A stretch of DNA of 64,000 bases from contig CAIJVU010000003.1 of assembly GCA_903824185.1 (NCBI GenBank), positions 45,434 to 109,433 on the forward strand, read 5' to 3'. Shown one piece after another: positions 18,587 to 29,557 of this stretch; position 1 is the stretch's first letter; each line of letters begins with the position of its first letter. The position numbers and the translations under genes were made by a program. The notes under the pieces were generated by a model. That model had not been told where the DNA came from, searched no databases, and saw nothing but the letters and a program-made list of their open reading frames with translations. The stretch is from an uncultured Hyphomicrobiales bacterium. Lineage in GTDB: Bacteria; Pseudomonadota; Alphaproteobacteria; Rhizobiales; Beijerinckiaceae.

Positions 18587-19235
18587 CGCGCACTGTTTTG
18601 ATAATGGTGTTGTTTTTATCGCCGAGCTTTTTCCGCAACCGGCTGATATGGACGTCGATCACGCTGGTCTGCGGATCAAAATGATAATCCCACACCGCCT
18701 CCAGCAGCATGGTGCGGGTCACCAATTGGCCTTTGAAGCGCATCAGATATTCCAGAAGCTTGAATTCGCGCGCCTGCAATTCCACCAATTTGCCATCCGC
18801 ATGCACTTTGCGCGCGAGCAGATCCATTTCCAAGCCACCCGCTTTCAGCACCGTGCCTTGTTGGGATTGCACCCGCGCGCTGCGTTTGCCCAAGGCCTCG
18901 ACACGGGCCAGCAATTCCACAAAGGCAAAGGGCTTGACGAGATAATCATCCCCCCCCGACCGCAAGCCGGTGACGCGATCATCGACATCGCCCAGTGAGC
19001 TCAAAATCAAAACCCCCGTGAGATTGCCGGTGCCGCGCAATTCGCGGATGATGAACAGCCCGTCCACTTTGGGCAACATCCGGTCCACCACCAACACGTC
19101 ATATTTTTCATGGACCGCGAGATGCAGACCCGTCTCGCCATCGGACGCGACATCGACAATATGCCCTGCCTCCGTGAGGCCCTTTTCGATATAGGCCCTG
19201 ATCTTTTGATCGTCCTCGATCACCAAGATACGCAT
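18555..19235 (-). CDS. OmpR-family response regulator
   Basis: 226 aa with the receiver MRILVIEDD...VLVVDRMLP..DG, then the winged helix LT.REF.LLEYL...VHISRLRKKL. Confidence 0.92.
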   Translation of the reverse strand: MRILVIEDDQKIRAYIEKGLTEAGHIVDVASDGETGLHLAVHEKYDVLVVDRMLPKVDGLFIIRELRGTGNLTGVLILSSLGDVDDRVTGLRSGGDDYLVKPFAFVELLARVEALGKRSARVQSQQGTVLKAGGLEMDLLARKVHADGKLVELQAREFKLLEYLMRFKGQLVTRTMLLEAVWDYHFDPQTSVIDVHISRLRKKLGDKNNTIIKTVRGAGYIVEDSF

Positions 19236-19415
19236 CGCTACTGTCCCGAAGTGGTTTTGATCTCATTCTATTAAGCCCAGCCTGCCAAGGCCAAACCCTG
19301 CATCCCTTGTATCACGAGGCGGCAAAGGCAGACAAACCTCGCCATAGCCCGGCTTCTCTGCGCGCAGTGTTTAAGCGAATGGATGTTTTTAGAGAGGCAA
19401 AGGATCAAAAAACAA

Positions 19416-19490
19416 TGGTGGGCGCGACAGGGATTGAACCTGTGACCCCTCCCGTGTGAAGGGAGTGCTCTCCCGCTGAGCTACGCGCCC
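19416..19490 (-). tRNA. tRNA-Val (anticodon CAC)
   Basis: The reverse complement is GGGCGCGTAGCTCAGCGGGAGAGCACTCCCTTCACACGGGAGGGGTCACAGGTTCAATCCCTGTCGCGCCCACCA. It has a 7-bp acceptor stem, a D arm (GCTC/GAGC), an anticodon stem CTCCC/GGGAG with loop TTCACAC, a T arm (ACAGG/CCTGT with TTCAATC) and an encoded CCA. Confidence 0.93.
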
Positions 19491-19824
19491 TGATCAAGGT
19501 CTGATCAGAAGAAGGTCGGTTTTTACGGGCAAGCGGGGCTTTAAGTCAAGGCTTGATCCCGCCTCCGCGCCGCAAGGCTGCGACTTTCGCTCCGCTCAAA
19601 ACAGGGATTTTAGTGGTTTTGGCCCGATTTTGCCCCAAAAAGCGCGTGCAGGCAGCAAGAGCTTGGCGGAAGCGGTGGATAGCGCCCCAAGACCAGCTGC
19701 CATGCGGATTTTTTACTTGTAAAAGCGTGAGCCGGGCGGCAAAAGAAGCGCTATTCCGCGTTTAGAAAAGATTAATCTGAAACGGCTAATTTAAAAATCT
19801 GTTCTATTTTTTTCGGGGACTGCT

Positions 19825-20460
19825 ATGCGTATGACCTCTACTTTGGCTCTTGCGGGCCTTGTGACTGCTTTAAACCTCGGGGCGGCGCAGGCCTATTCGA
19901 TGGATCCGCTGACCCGCCGCGCTTATGCGCCGGTCACCCGTCAGGCCGAAGCCAAGCCGCAAGCCGCTGTCAGCGCGCCGGTGACCTCTCCCAGCCAGAG
20001 CACCGGCACCGAAGTGCCCGCCATCCGCCGCGAAGTGGTCTCCTTCTCCGGCAATTACGAGCCTGGCACCATCGTGGTTTCAACCTCCGAGCGCCGCATG
20101 TATCTGGTGATGGATAATGGGCGCGCCATGCGTTACGGCGTCGGCGTTGGTCGCCCCGGTTTTGAATGGGGTGGTTCGGTGAAAATCAGCCTCAAGCGCG
20201 AATGGCCGGATTGGACACCCCCGCCCGAAATGTTGAAGCGCCGTCCCGACCTGCCCCGCCACATGAAAGGCGGACCGGAAAATCCCTTGGGCGCCCGCGC
20301 CATGTATCTGGGCAGCTCGCTCTATCGCATCCACGGTTCCAACGAGCCTGAAACCATCGGACAGGCGGTCTCGTCAGGCTGCATCCGCATGGCCAATGAA
20401 GATGTGATCGACCTTTACGAGCGCGTTAATGTCGGCGCCACCGTGATTGTGCAGCGCTGA
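19825..20460 (+). CDS. L,D-transpeptidase (YkuD domain), secreted
   Basis: 211 aa with a signal peptide, then GTIVVSTSERRMYLV, GVGVGRPGFEW and the catalytic HGS....G...SSGCIRM motif. Confidence 0.9.
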   Translation: MRMTSTLALAGLVTALNLGAAQAYSMDPLTRRAYAPVTRQAEAKPQAAVSAPVTSPSQSTGTEVPAIRREVVSFSGNYEPGTIVVSTSERRMYLVMDNGRAMRYGVGVGRPGFEWGGSVKISLKREWPDWTPPPEMLKRRPDLPRHMKGGPENPLGARAMYLGSSLYRIHGSNEPETIGQAVSSGCIRMANEDVIDLYERVNVGATVIVQR

Positions 20461-20484
20461 TCAAACACGCTTTTCGTCGAGACT

Positions 20485-20512
20485 AAAAAACCCGCGCAAA
20501 GCGGGTTTTTTT
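20485..20512. terminator. bidirectional rho-independent terminator
   Basis: AAAAAA-CCCGC-gcaaa-GCGGG-TTTTTTT lies between convergent genes. Confidence 0.75.
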
Positions 20513-20550
20513 ATGCGCGTCACCGCACAAGGGTGGGGACGGTTGTTCGG

Positions 20551-20928
20551 TTAATCGCGCGTGAGGCCCTTGTCCGCAAGCGCTTCGAGATAAGCCTGCC
20601 AGTGCGCCTCATGCTCATCCGCCAATTCGGCCAGATAGGACCATGCGTAAAGTCCGGTATCATGGCCGTCGCTGAAACGGATCCTGATGGCGTAATGGCC
20701 GACGGGCTCAAGGGCCACCATCGTGACATTACGCTTGCCCGACACGGTTTTACGCTCGGAAGGGTGATGGCCCCGCACTTCGGCGCTGGGGCTTTCAACC
20801 CGCAAATATTCGGCCTCAAGCGCGCGCACCTGTCCGCCCTCATAATGCAGGCTCAAGACGCGTTTATCAGAGGATAGATGCACCTCAATCGGCCACAAAG
20901 CGGCTGGATCTGCCTCTTTTTCCTGCAT
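20551..20928 (-). CDS. DUF971 (gamma-butyrobetaine hydroxylase N-terminal-like) domain protein
   Basis: 125 aa. AEYLRVESPSAEVRGH and PVGHYAIRIRFSDGHDTGLYAWSYL are the typical alphaproteobacterial DUF971 blocks. Confidence 0.8.
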   Translation of the reverse strand: MQEKEADPAALWPIEVHLSSDKRVLSLHYEGGQVRALEAEYLRVESPSAEVRGHHPSERKTVSGKRNVTMVALEPVGHYAIRIRFSDGHDTGLYAWSYLAELADEHEAHWQAYLEALADKGLTRD

Positions 20929-21012
20929 AGCTGTTATCCCGCCCCCAATAATTGAACCTGAAGGATTGACCCCATTCCCTGTTCAGACCATCTATACTAC
21001 CAGAAAAAGAGA

Positions 21013-22044
21013 ATGGCCATGACATCTCCTGTCCCGCACACGCCCCATGATACGCTGATCGACCCCTTTGGTCGCCATGTCAGCTATATCAGGCTGTCGG
21101 TGACGGACCGTTGCGATTTCCGCTGTGTTTATTGCATGTCGGAAGATATGCATTTTCTGCCCAAACAAGATTTGCTGAGCCTTGAAGAGCTCGACCGGCT
21201 GTGTTCGGCCTTTATCAGTCGCGGCGTCAATAAATTGCGCATTACCGGCGGCGAGCCGCTGGTGCGCCGCGATATTATGACGCTGTTCCAGAAATTGTCG
21301 CGGCATTTGCAAGCAGGCAACTTGCAGGAACTCACCCTCACCACCAATGGCTCGCAACTGGCACGCCATGCGCAAGCCTTGGCGGATTGCGGTGTCAAAC
21401 GCATCAATGTGTCGCTTGATACGCTTAACCCCGATCTGTTTCGCACCATTACCCGCTGGGGCGATTTCGACAAGGTGATGGCAGGGATTGATGCCGCCCA
21501 AAAAGCAGGGCTTGCGGTCAAGATCAATGCGGTTGCGCTCAAAGGCGTGAATGAAGACGAAATCATCCCCATGGTGGATTGGGCGCATGGACGCGGCATG
21601 GACATCACCTTTATCGAGGTGATGCCGATGGGCGATATCGAGGCCGAGCGCTTCGATCAATATTGGCCGCTGACACAGGTCAAGACCCGTTTGGCCGAAC
21701 GCTTCACCTTGCAGGATGTGCAAGACCGCACCGCAGGCCCCGCCCGCTATATGCGGGTGAAGGAGACCGGCGGGCGTATCGGCTTTATTACTCCGCTCAC
21801 CCATAATTTCTGCGAGAGCTGCAATCGGGTGCGCGTCACCTGCACCGGCACGCTTTATATGTGTCTGGGGCAGGAGGATGCGGTGGATTTGCGCACGCCG
21901 TTGCGCGCAAGCCCTGACAATGCCGCACTGTATCACGCCATTGATCAAGCCATTTTACGCAAGCCGAAAGGCCATGATTTCATCATCGACCGTGGCGCGC
22001 CGCGCATGGCGGTGGGGCGGCATATGAGTGTGACGGGCGGCTGA
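21013..22044 (+). CDS. moaA: GTP 3',8-cyclase (molybdenum cofactor biosynthesis protein A)
   Basis: 343 aa with the radical-SAM motif [23 protein letters not shown], and a C-terminal second cluster ([18 protein letters not shown]). Confidence 0.95.
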   Translation: MAMTSPVPHTPHDTLIDPFGRHVSYIRLSVTDRCDFRCVYCMSEDMHFLPKQDLLSLEELDRLCSAFISRGVNKLRITGGEPLVRRDIMTLFQKLSRHLQAGNLQELTLTTNGSQLARHAQALADCGVKRINVSLDTLNPDLFRTITRWGDFDKVMAGIDAAQKAGLAVKINAVALKGVNEDEIIPMVDWAHGRGMDITFIEVMPMGDIEAERFDQYWPLTQVKTRLAERFTLQDVQDRTAGPARYMRVKETGGRIGFITPLTHNFCESCNRVRVTCTGTLYMCLGQEDAVDLRTPLRASPDNAALYHAIDQAILRKPKGHDFIIDRGAPRMAVGRHMSVTGG

Positions 22045-22063
22045 ACGAAAGTACTATGACCCT

Positions 22064-22942
22064 ATGAGTGCGCCTTCCTCCGAGCAAATCCAAGACAGCA
22101 AACGCGGGATTCTCCTGATCCTGACGGCGATGGCGCTTTATGTCGTCAATGACTCGCTCGTCAAACTGGTCACGAAGCATTATTCCGTCGAGCAGATTCT
22201 TGTGGTGCGCGGCGTGTTTGCCATCACCTTCATGATGGCGCTGATCCTGAGAAGCGGACATTTAAACAAGCTCAGGGAGTCGCTCGATAAGCTCATTCTC
22301 ATCCGCGCCATTTTGGAAGCACTGACGGCCATTTCTTTTATCATTGCGCTGAGCCATCTGCCGATTGCCGATTTAACCGTGCTGATGCAGATGACCTCCA
22401 TCATCATCGTGGTGCTGACCGCATTGACGGGTATGAACAGCATTCAACCCCCTGTCTGGATTGCGGTGGTGATCGGCTTTTGCGGCGTGCTTTGCATGGT
22501 CAAACCCGGAACGTCTGATTTCAGCATCTATACTTTGATCGGTTTGCTCACGACCTTTTTTGTGGCAAGCCGCGATCTGATTACGCGCAAAATCAACCCC
22601 GCCATTCCGACCGTGATCGTGTCCCTCACCACCACCGTGAGCGTGGTGGTGATCGGTCTTATTCCGGGCACAGGGAATTGGGCGCCGCTTGAATGGCGTG
22701 AAACGCTTTATTTGCTGGCAGCGGCCCTGTTTGTCACCATCGGCAATCTCTGCGCGGTGAAAGCGCATCGCATCGCATCGCCCTCGCTATTGGCGCCCTT
22801 CCGCTATTCGGTTTTGATCTGGGCTTTCTTGAGCGGCTTTGTAATTTTTGGGGATTGGCCGGATCTTTTAAGCGTGATCGGTGCCACCCTGATTGTCTCG
22901 GCAGGGCTTTACACGCTTCATAACGCGCAGAAAAAAGCATAA
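22064..22942 (+). CDS. DMT-superfamily (EamA-like) transporter
   Basis: 292 aa with about 10 hydrophobic segments in two EamA-like halves. No specific substrate is inferable. Confidence 0.75.
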   Translation: MSAPSSEQIQDSKRGILLILTAMALYVVNDSLVKLVTKHYSVEQILVVRGVFAITFMMALILRSGHLNKLRESLDKLILIRAILEALTAISFIIALSHLPIADLTVLMQMTSIIIVVLTALTGMNSIQPPVWIAVVIGFCGVLCMVKPGTSDFSIYTLIGLLTTFFVASRDLITRKINPAIPTVIVSLTTTVSVVVIGLIPGTGNWAPLEWRETLYLLAAALFVTIGNLCAVKAHRIASPSLLAPFRYSVLIWAFLSGFVIFGDWPDLLSVIGATLIVSAGLYTLHNAQKKA

Positions 22943-23174
22943 ACCGCGCTAAAATCAGTGGAAGACAAGGCCTCAAACACACGCAAAAGCTGCAAATCGA
23001 GGCTATTTCCAAAAATCCGCTTGCCTTGCCAGCCTCCCCTGCCCCATCATCTGAGACTTGATCCTTTCGTCTAAAACCGGTTTAAAGACCCCCTTGCTGA
23101 CCATGCGGCTTGGCTTTGGGAAAGACAGGATCAAGCATGGTGACGCTCAATAAAATGATCAGGGGGGATCGCTC

Positions 23175-23765
23175 GTGACATCTTTGCTTTCCATCAGTCG
23201 GGTGATTGATGCCGTTTCGGCGGTGATCGGCCGCTTTATGAGCTGGCTCATTTTGATGGCCGTGATTGTCTCCACCGTCAACGCCGTCATTCGCAAACTC
23301 TTTGACGTCTCCTCCAATGCCTGGCTGGAACTGCAATGGGTGTTGTTTGGCGCGGTATTCTTGCTGTGCTCGCCCTGGACGCTGATGTCGAATGAACATA
23401 TCCGCATCGATATCGTCAATTCCCTGCTGTCGAAGGGCACGCGCAACTGGATTGATGTGATCGGGCATGTGCTGTTTTTAATGCCGCTCACCGTCATCAT
23501 GATGCTGGTGTCATGGCCTTTTGCCATCCGCTCTTTGATGATCAATGAGCAATCGGTGAATGCCGGCGGCTTGGCGCAATGGCCTGCCAAATTCCTGATT
23601 CCGATTGGCTTTACCTTGTTGTTCATTCAAGGCATTTCGGAACTCATCAAGCGGGTGGCCATCATGCAAGGCCGCTTGGCGGATACCACATCGGGCGGCG
23701 GGCATCATGCCTCTGCCGAAGCCGAAGCCCAGCGCCTGCTCGCGCAAGTCGAAGATGCTCGCTGA
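23175..23765 (+). CDS. dctQ: TRAP transporter small permease subunit
   Basis: 196 aa with four hydrophobic segments. The GTG start follows an AGGGGGG RBS. It sits immediately upstream of the DctM-type gene. Confidence 0.8.
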   Translation: MTSLLSISRVIDAVSAVIGRFMSWLILMAVIVSTVNAVIRKLFDVSSNAWLELQWVLFGAVFLLCSPWTLMSNEHIRIDIVNSLLSKGTRNWIDVIGHVLFLMPLTVIMMLVSWPFAIRSLMINEQSVNAGGLAQWPAKFLIPIGFTLLFIQGISELIKRVAIMQGRLADTTSGGGHHASAEAEAQRLLAQVEDAR

Positions 23766-23785
23766 GCTTTGAAGGGATCATCATC

Positions 23786-25462
23786 ATGACCGCATTTATT
23801 ATTCACAATATGGCGCCCATCATGTTCGCGGCGCTGGTGGCCTTTTTGCTGCTCGGCTATCCCGTGGCCTTTGCGCTGGCGGCCAACGGCTTGATTTTTG
23901 CCCTGATCGGCATCGAGCTCGGCCTGTTCCGTCCCGACTTCATCCAAGCTTTGCCCGAACGCGTGTTCGGCGTCATGAACAATGACACGCTGCTGGCCAT
24001 TCCCTTCTTTACCTTTATGGGGCTGGTGCTGGAACGATCGGGCATGGCGGAAGATTTGCTCGACACGATCGGGCAATTATTCGGCCCCATTCGCGGCGGT
24101 CTGGCCTATGCGGTGATTTTTGTTGGTGCCTTGCTGGCGGCCACCACCGGCGTTGTGGCGGCATCGGTGATTTCCATGGGCCTGATCTCGCTGCCGATCA
24201 TGCTGCGTTACGGCTATGATCGCAGACTGGCCTCAGGCGTGATCGCCGCATCGGGCACGCTGGCGCAGATCATTCCGCCCTCCCTTGTTTTGATCGTGAT
24301 GGCCGACCAGCTCGGTAAATCGGTCGGTGACATGTATGAAGGCGCGTTTATTCCCGGCCTTGTTCTCTCGGGCCTTTATGCTGTCTATGTCTTTCTTGTC
24401 ACAATCATCTATCCCGATGCCGCCCCCGGCCTGCCGCCCGAAGCGCAGATGCTGCGCGATCCCGATGGCAAATCACGGCGTTTGTCGCTTTTGGTCGTCA
24501 CCGTGCTTTCCGGCCTGATCGGCTATTATGTGATCAAGCAAACCGGCCAGAAAGCGGGTGCCGATTTTGTGGTGCTGACCATGTCGGTGGCGGTTGGTGT
24601 GTCCTTTGCCCTCGCGGTCATCAACAAATTGTTGGGCCTGAAACTTTTATCGGTGATGGCTGAAAATGTGATCTTTGTGATGGTGCCGCCTTTGGCGCTG
24701 ATTTTCCTTGTGCTCGGCACGATTTTTATCGGCGTGGCCACACCCACGGAGGGCGGGGCCATGGGGGCTGCGGGCGCTATTATTCTGGCGCTGATGAAAA
24801 AGCGGCTGTCCTTTGACCTCTTGCGGCAGGCCACTGAATCCACCGCCAAACTCTCGGCCTTTGTGGTTTTCATTCTGCTGGGGGCGCGCGTGTTCTCCCT
24901 GACCTTTTATGGCGTCAACGGCCATAAATGGGTGGAAGAATTATTGGTCTCCTTGCCGGGCGGGGTGATCGGCTTCCTGATTTTCGTCAATTTGTTGATC
25001 TTCGTTCTTGCCTTCTTCCTTGACTTTTTCGAACTGGCCTTTATCGCCGTGCCTTTGATCGGGCCTGCGGCGGAAAAGCTCGGGATTGATCTCATCTGGT
25101 TCGGGGTGATTTTGGGGGTGAATATGCAAACCTCCTTCATGCATCCGCCCTTTGGCTTTGCCTTGTTCTATCTGCGATCGGTGGCAGCCAAAGTGCCCTA
25201 TCTTGACCGCATCACCGGCAAGACCATGGAGCCGGTCACAACCAGCCAGATCTATTGGGGGGCTGTGCCGTTCGTGGTGATCCAGCTGATCATGGTGGGG
25301 CTGGTGATCGCCTTCCCGCAAATGGTCATGCATTACAAATCAACCGGTGTGGTGATCGACCAGAAAAAGGCTTTGGAGCAGTTGCAAAACATGCCGGGGC
25401 TTGGCGCACCACCGCCGCAGATGGACTTCAATCTCAACATCACCGTGCCGCCCAAAAAATAA
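23786..25462 (+). CDS. dctM: TRAP transporter large permease subunit (long form, 558 aa)
   Basis: The start is set at ATG 23786 (MTAFIIHNMAPIMFAALVAFLLLGYPVAFAL). The track ORF from 23579 is an in-frame read-through over the dctQ 3' end. DctM-like blocks are present: IPFFTFMG, GG.AYA......L.A.TG....SV..MG.I..P.M and TPTE..A. Confidence 0.85.
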   Translation: MTAFIIHNMAPIMFAALVAFLLLGYPVAFALAANGLIFALIGIELGLFRPDFIQALPERVFGVMNNDTLLAIPFFTFMGLVLERSGMAEDLLDTIGQLFGPIRGGLAYAVIFVGALLAATTGVVAASVISMGLISLPIMLRYGYDRRLASGVIAASGTLAQIIPPSLVLIVMADQLGKSVGDMYEGAFIPGLVLSGLYAVYVFLVTIIYPDAAPGLPPEAQMLRDPDGKSRRLSLLVVTVLSGLIGYYVIKQTGQKAGADFVVLTMSVAVGVSFALAVINKLLGLKLLSVMAENVIFVMVPPLALIFLVLGTIFIGVATPTEGGAMGAAGAIILALMKKRLSFDLLRQATESTAKLSAFVVFILLGARVFSLTFYGVNGHKWVEELLVSLPGGVIGFLIFVNLLIFVLAFFLDFFELAFIAVPLIGPAAEKLGIDLIWFGVILGVNMQTSFMHPPFGFALFYLRSVAAKVPYLDRITGKTMEPVTTSQIYWGAVPFVVIQLIMVGLVIAFPQMVMHYKSTGVVIDQKKALEQLQNMPGLGAPPPQMDFNLNITVPPKK

Positions 25463-25485
25463 CTTTGGGCGCTAGGTAGGTGAAC

Positions 25486-25514
25486 AAAAGCCGCGCCCAA
25501 GCGCGGCTTTTTTC
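25486..25514 (+). terminator. rho-independent terminator after dctM
   Basis: AAAA-GCCGCGC-ccaa-GCGCGGC-TTTTTT. Confidence 0.75.
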
Positions 25515-25530
25515 ATGGCGCGTAGCGCAT

Positions 25531-25557
25531 AAAAAAAGGCCCGCAAAGCGGGCCTTT
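25531..25557 (-). terminator. rho-independent terminator after dctP (read on the minus strand)
   Basis: On the minus strand, AAAGGCCCGC-tttg-GCGGGCC is followed by TTTTTTT. Confidence 0.72.
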
Positions 25558-25572
25558 GATCACTGATGCGTA

Positions 25573-26676
<1,104 letters not shown>

Positions 26677-26777
26677 TCAGGACGCATGTTTTCTTGCACA
26701 GAGTTTTGAAAGTCTCGTGGGATAAAATACCGATATTCGCCAAAACTTCAACACAAGCGCAGGAGCAAACGCAGCGC

Positions 26778-28385
26778 TCAGTGTCCGCCGCCTTGTTGTT
26801 TGGCCAAATGGGCGGGTGAACGCATAAACGGCACCAAAAACACCAAAAGAACATAAATAATGGTGAGCGACAGGAAAACATCGCTCATCGCCATCACAAC
26901 CGCTTCGCGGCGCACGAGATAGCCGATTTGCTTGGTGGCCATCAACAAGCCCTGCGCGGGATCATCCGACATCAGATAAGACAAGTCCGACAAGACCTCC
27001 TCGGCGCGCTGGCGACCCCAAGCGACCGATTCACGCATGCGCAACATGTGCAGATCCGTGCGGTCATTGAGCAAGGTATTGATCATGGCCAAGCCCAAAG
27101 CCCCCCCGAGATTGCGGGTGAGATTGTAAAGGCCGGACGCATTTTTCAAACGATTGGGCGGCAAGGTGCCCAGCGCCAGATTATTGATCGGCACCATGCA
27201 CATCATCATGCAAAACCCACGCAGGATTTGCGGGATCAGCAATTCATAAAAATCCCAATCCTTGGTGATATCGACCGCAAGCCATGTCCCCAGCGCAAAG
27301 CCCGCAAAGCCCCCGCCGATCAACCAGCGCGCGGCAGGCCCCGCCGACAAGCGCCCGACAATGGGGGCCGCGATGAACATGGAAATGCCCGTGACAAACA
27401 TGGTCTCGCCGATCATCAAGGCGGAATAGCCGCGCACACGCGCGAGATAAACCGGATAAAGATAAGTGAGCCCGTAAAGACCGATGCCCATGACAACCGA
27501 CATCAGACAGCCCGTCCAGAAATTGCGGTTGTCAAAGGCAGACAAATCGACAATCGGTTGCTTGGCTTTCAAACAGCGCCAGAAAAAAATTGTCGCGCTG
27601 ACCACAGAGGCGATGGCGCACCATGTCACCAGCTCGCTGTTGAACCAGTCTTTGCTGGTTCCCTCTTCCAGCACATATTCGAGCGTGCCCAAAAAGACCG
27701 CCATCGACAACAGGCCCGCCCAATCGAAATCATCAAGCAGCGAGGGGTCCGGCTCGTCAAAATCGACCAAGGTCCATGTCACGGCCGTGACCACAATGCC
27801 GGGCACCAGATTGACCAGAAACAACCAATGCCATGAAAACAATTCCGTGAGATAGCCGCCGATGGTCGGACCCACGGTGGGGGCCATGGTGGCGACAAGG
27901 CCAATGATGGGGCCGATGATCGGTTGTTTTTCGCGCGGGAAAATGCTGAAGGCCGAGGCAAAGACCGTGGGGATCATGCCGCCGCCGATAAAGCCCTGCA
28001 AGGCGCGATAGACAATCATTTCCTCGATGGAACTGGCGGTCGAGCACAAGACGCTCATCACCGTAAAGCCCGCCGCCGCCGCCGCAAACAGATAGCGGGT
28101 GGAAAAAGCGCGCGACAAATAGCCAGACAGCGGAATCATGATCACTTCGGCGATCAGATAGCTTGTCTGCACCCACGGAATTTCATCCGCACTCGCGGAC
28201 AAGCCCGCCTGAATTTCCGACAAGGACGCCGAGACAATCTGAATATCCAAAATCGCCATGAACATGCCAAAAACCATCGCCATAAAGGCGATCATGCGTT
28301 CGGTTGTCACGGGGGGAATGACATGAACGGCGGCAGGCGTTTTTTGTTCTGACTGAGACTGGCTCATGCCCATCTTTTCTATCAA
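26778..28385 (-). CDS. emrB: DHA2-family MFS multidrug efflux permease (EmrB/QacA type, 14-TMS class)
   Basis: 535 aa with MAILDIQIVSASL..I, W..TSYL.A, and a length and hydropathy typical of EmrB. Confidence 0.85.
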   Translation of the reverse strand: MIEKMGMSQSQSEQKTPAAVHVIPPVTTERMIAFMAMVFGMFMAILDIQIVSASLSEIQAGLSASADEIPWVQTSYLIAEVIMIPLSGYLSRAFSTRYLFAAAAAGFTVMSVLCSTASSIEEMIVYRALQGFIGGGMIPTVFASAFSIFPREKQPIIGPIIGLVATMAPTVGPTIGGYLTELFSWHWLFLVNLVPGIVVTAVTWTLVDFDEPDPSLLDDFDWAGLLSMAVFLGTLEYVLEEGTSKDWFNSELVTWCAIASVVSATIFFWRCLKAKQPIVDLSAFDNRNFWTGCLMSVVMGIGLYGLTYLYPVYLARVRGYSALMIGETMFVTGISMFIAAPIVGRLSAGPAARWLIGGGFAGFALGTWLAVDITKDWDFYELLIPQILRGFCMMMCMVPINNLALGTLPPNRLKNASGLYNLTRNLGGALGLAMINTLLNDRTDLHMLRMRESVAWGRQRAEEVLSDLSYLMSDDPAQGLLMATKQIGYLVRREAVVMAMSDVFLSLTIIYVLLVFLVPFMRSPAHLAKQQGGGH

Positions 28386-29557
28386 CGCCTGCTATCAATG
28401 GTGGCAACCACCGACATGCCGGGCCGCAACACGCCCTTGACGTCGTCTGGCACATCAAGGGTGATCCGGACGGGAAAACGCTGCACGATCTTGGTGAAAT
28501 TGCCGGTGGCATTTTCAGGCGGCAGCAGCGAGAACAAAGCCCCCGAAGCCGCAGCCACGCCTTGCACATGGCCTTCAAAGACGCGTCCGGGATAGGCATC
28601 CACCACAATCTGCGCCTTCAGCCCGCCTGTGAGTTTTGCCAATTGCGTTTCCTTGTAATTGGCTTCGACATACACGCTTTCCAGCGGCACCAAGGCCATC
28701 AAACGACTGCCGGGCTGGACATATTGTCCGGGCTGGGCGGCGCGATTGCCGATCATGCCGGAAAAGGGCGCGCGGATGGTGGCAAAGTCCAGATCGCGCT
28801 TGGCCTTGCCCACCGCGCTTTCACTGTCACGCAAACCCGCTTCGGCTTCCGCGCGCTGCGCTTTGAGCACCTGCAAGGCAAGCTCAGCACCATGTAATCC
28901 CGCCTTGGCACTCGCCAGATTGGCACGGGCGCGGACATCATCGGCCAAAGCCTGATCAAACCGCTGACGGGATCCGTAATCATTGGAAGCGAGTTTTTGC
29001 GCGCGCTCCAGATCGGCCGCACTGCGCACCACATCCCCTTCGGCGGCGCGCAAGGCGGCCTCTGCCTGCTCGATGGCGGTGCCCTGCGCTTCAACTTGCA
29101 ATATCAGACGCGTGACGGTGGCCTGCTGGGCCGCAAGCCGTGCCTCGCTCGACGCCAGCGCCAATTGATAATCGCCGTCATCAATTTTCACGAGCACATC
29201 GCCCTGCTTGACCATTTGATTGTCAGACACTTTGACCTCGGCCACATAGCCCGGCACTTTGGCGGCCAAAATCGCCATATCCGCCCGCACATAGGCGTCA
29301 TCGGTTGTCACCATGAAACGGCCATGCAGCAGCCAAGACCCGAATTGCCAGACCAAGGCCAGACCTATGGCACCGAACAAGCACAGCAAAATCTTGCGTT
29401 TTTGACCGGACGCCGCTTGTGGGGCCGCTTGCGGCGCCGTTTCACTCTGCAGCTTGTCATCCGACATATCAGCCATCACATACCCTTTCGCAGGACCGCT
29501 TTTCAGAATGATGCCCGATACCAAGACCTGCGACCTACGCAACGCTTGAAAACGCAA
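28382..29557 (-). CDS. emrA: HlyD-family periplasmic adaptor (EmrA type)
   Basis: It has a single N-terminal TM, TDDAYVRAD, a lipoyl-like GDVLVKIDD segment, a long coiled-coil and IRAPF.G motifs. It overlaps emrB by 4 nt. The true start is more likely ATG 29476 (MADMSDDKLQ). Confidence 0.85.
   Translation of the reverse strand: MRFQALRRSQVLVSGIILKSGPAKGYVMADMSDDKLQSETAPQAAPQAASGQKRKILLCLFGAIGLALVWQFGSWLLHGRFMVTTDDAYVRADMAILAAKVPGYVAEVKVSDNQMVKQGDVLVKIDDGDYQLALASSEARLAAQQATVTRLILQVEAQGTAIEQAEAALRAAEGDVVRSAADLERAQKLASNDYGSRQRFDQALADDVRARANLASAKAGLHGAELALQVLKAQRAEAEAGLRDSESAVGKAKRDLDFATIRAPFSGMIGNRAAQPGQYVQPGSRLMALVPLESVYVEANYKETQLAKLTGGLKAQIVVDAYPGRVFEGHVQGVAAASGALFSLLPPENATGNFTKIVQRFPVRITLDVPDDVKGVLRPGMSVVATIDSRR

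Noticed and set aside
19416-19490. tRNA-Val as a possible genomic-island integration site.
   Set aside because: Neither flank has an integrase, a partial tRNA 3'-end direct repeat or a compositional shift. Both neighbouring genes look like host genes.
20929-21012. Possible Moco riboswitch upstream of moaA.
   Set aside because: The intergenic region is only about 84 nt and is shared with the divergent DUF971 gene, so it is too short for the motif. No conserved Moco-motif elements are recognisable by eye.
23579-23785. A 69-codon N-terminal extension of the DctM ORF overlapping dctQ.
   Set aside because: The extension translates to Arg/His/Ser-rich non-membrane sequence and overlaps the dctQ 3' end. 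The ATG at 23786 begins the hydrophobic DctM N-terminus just after the dctQ stop.
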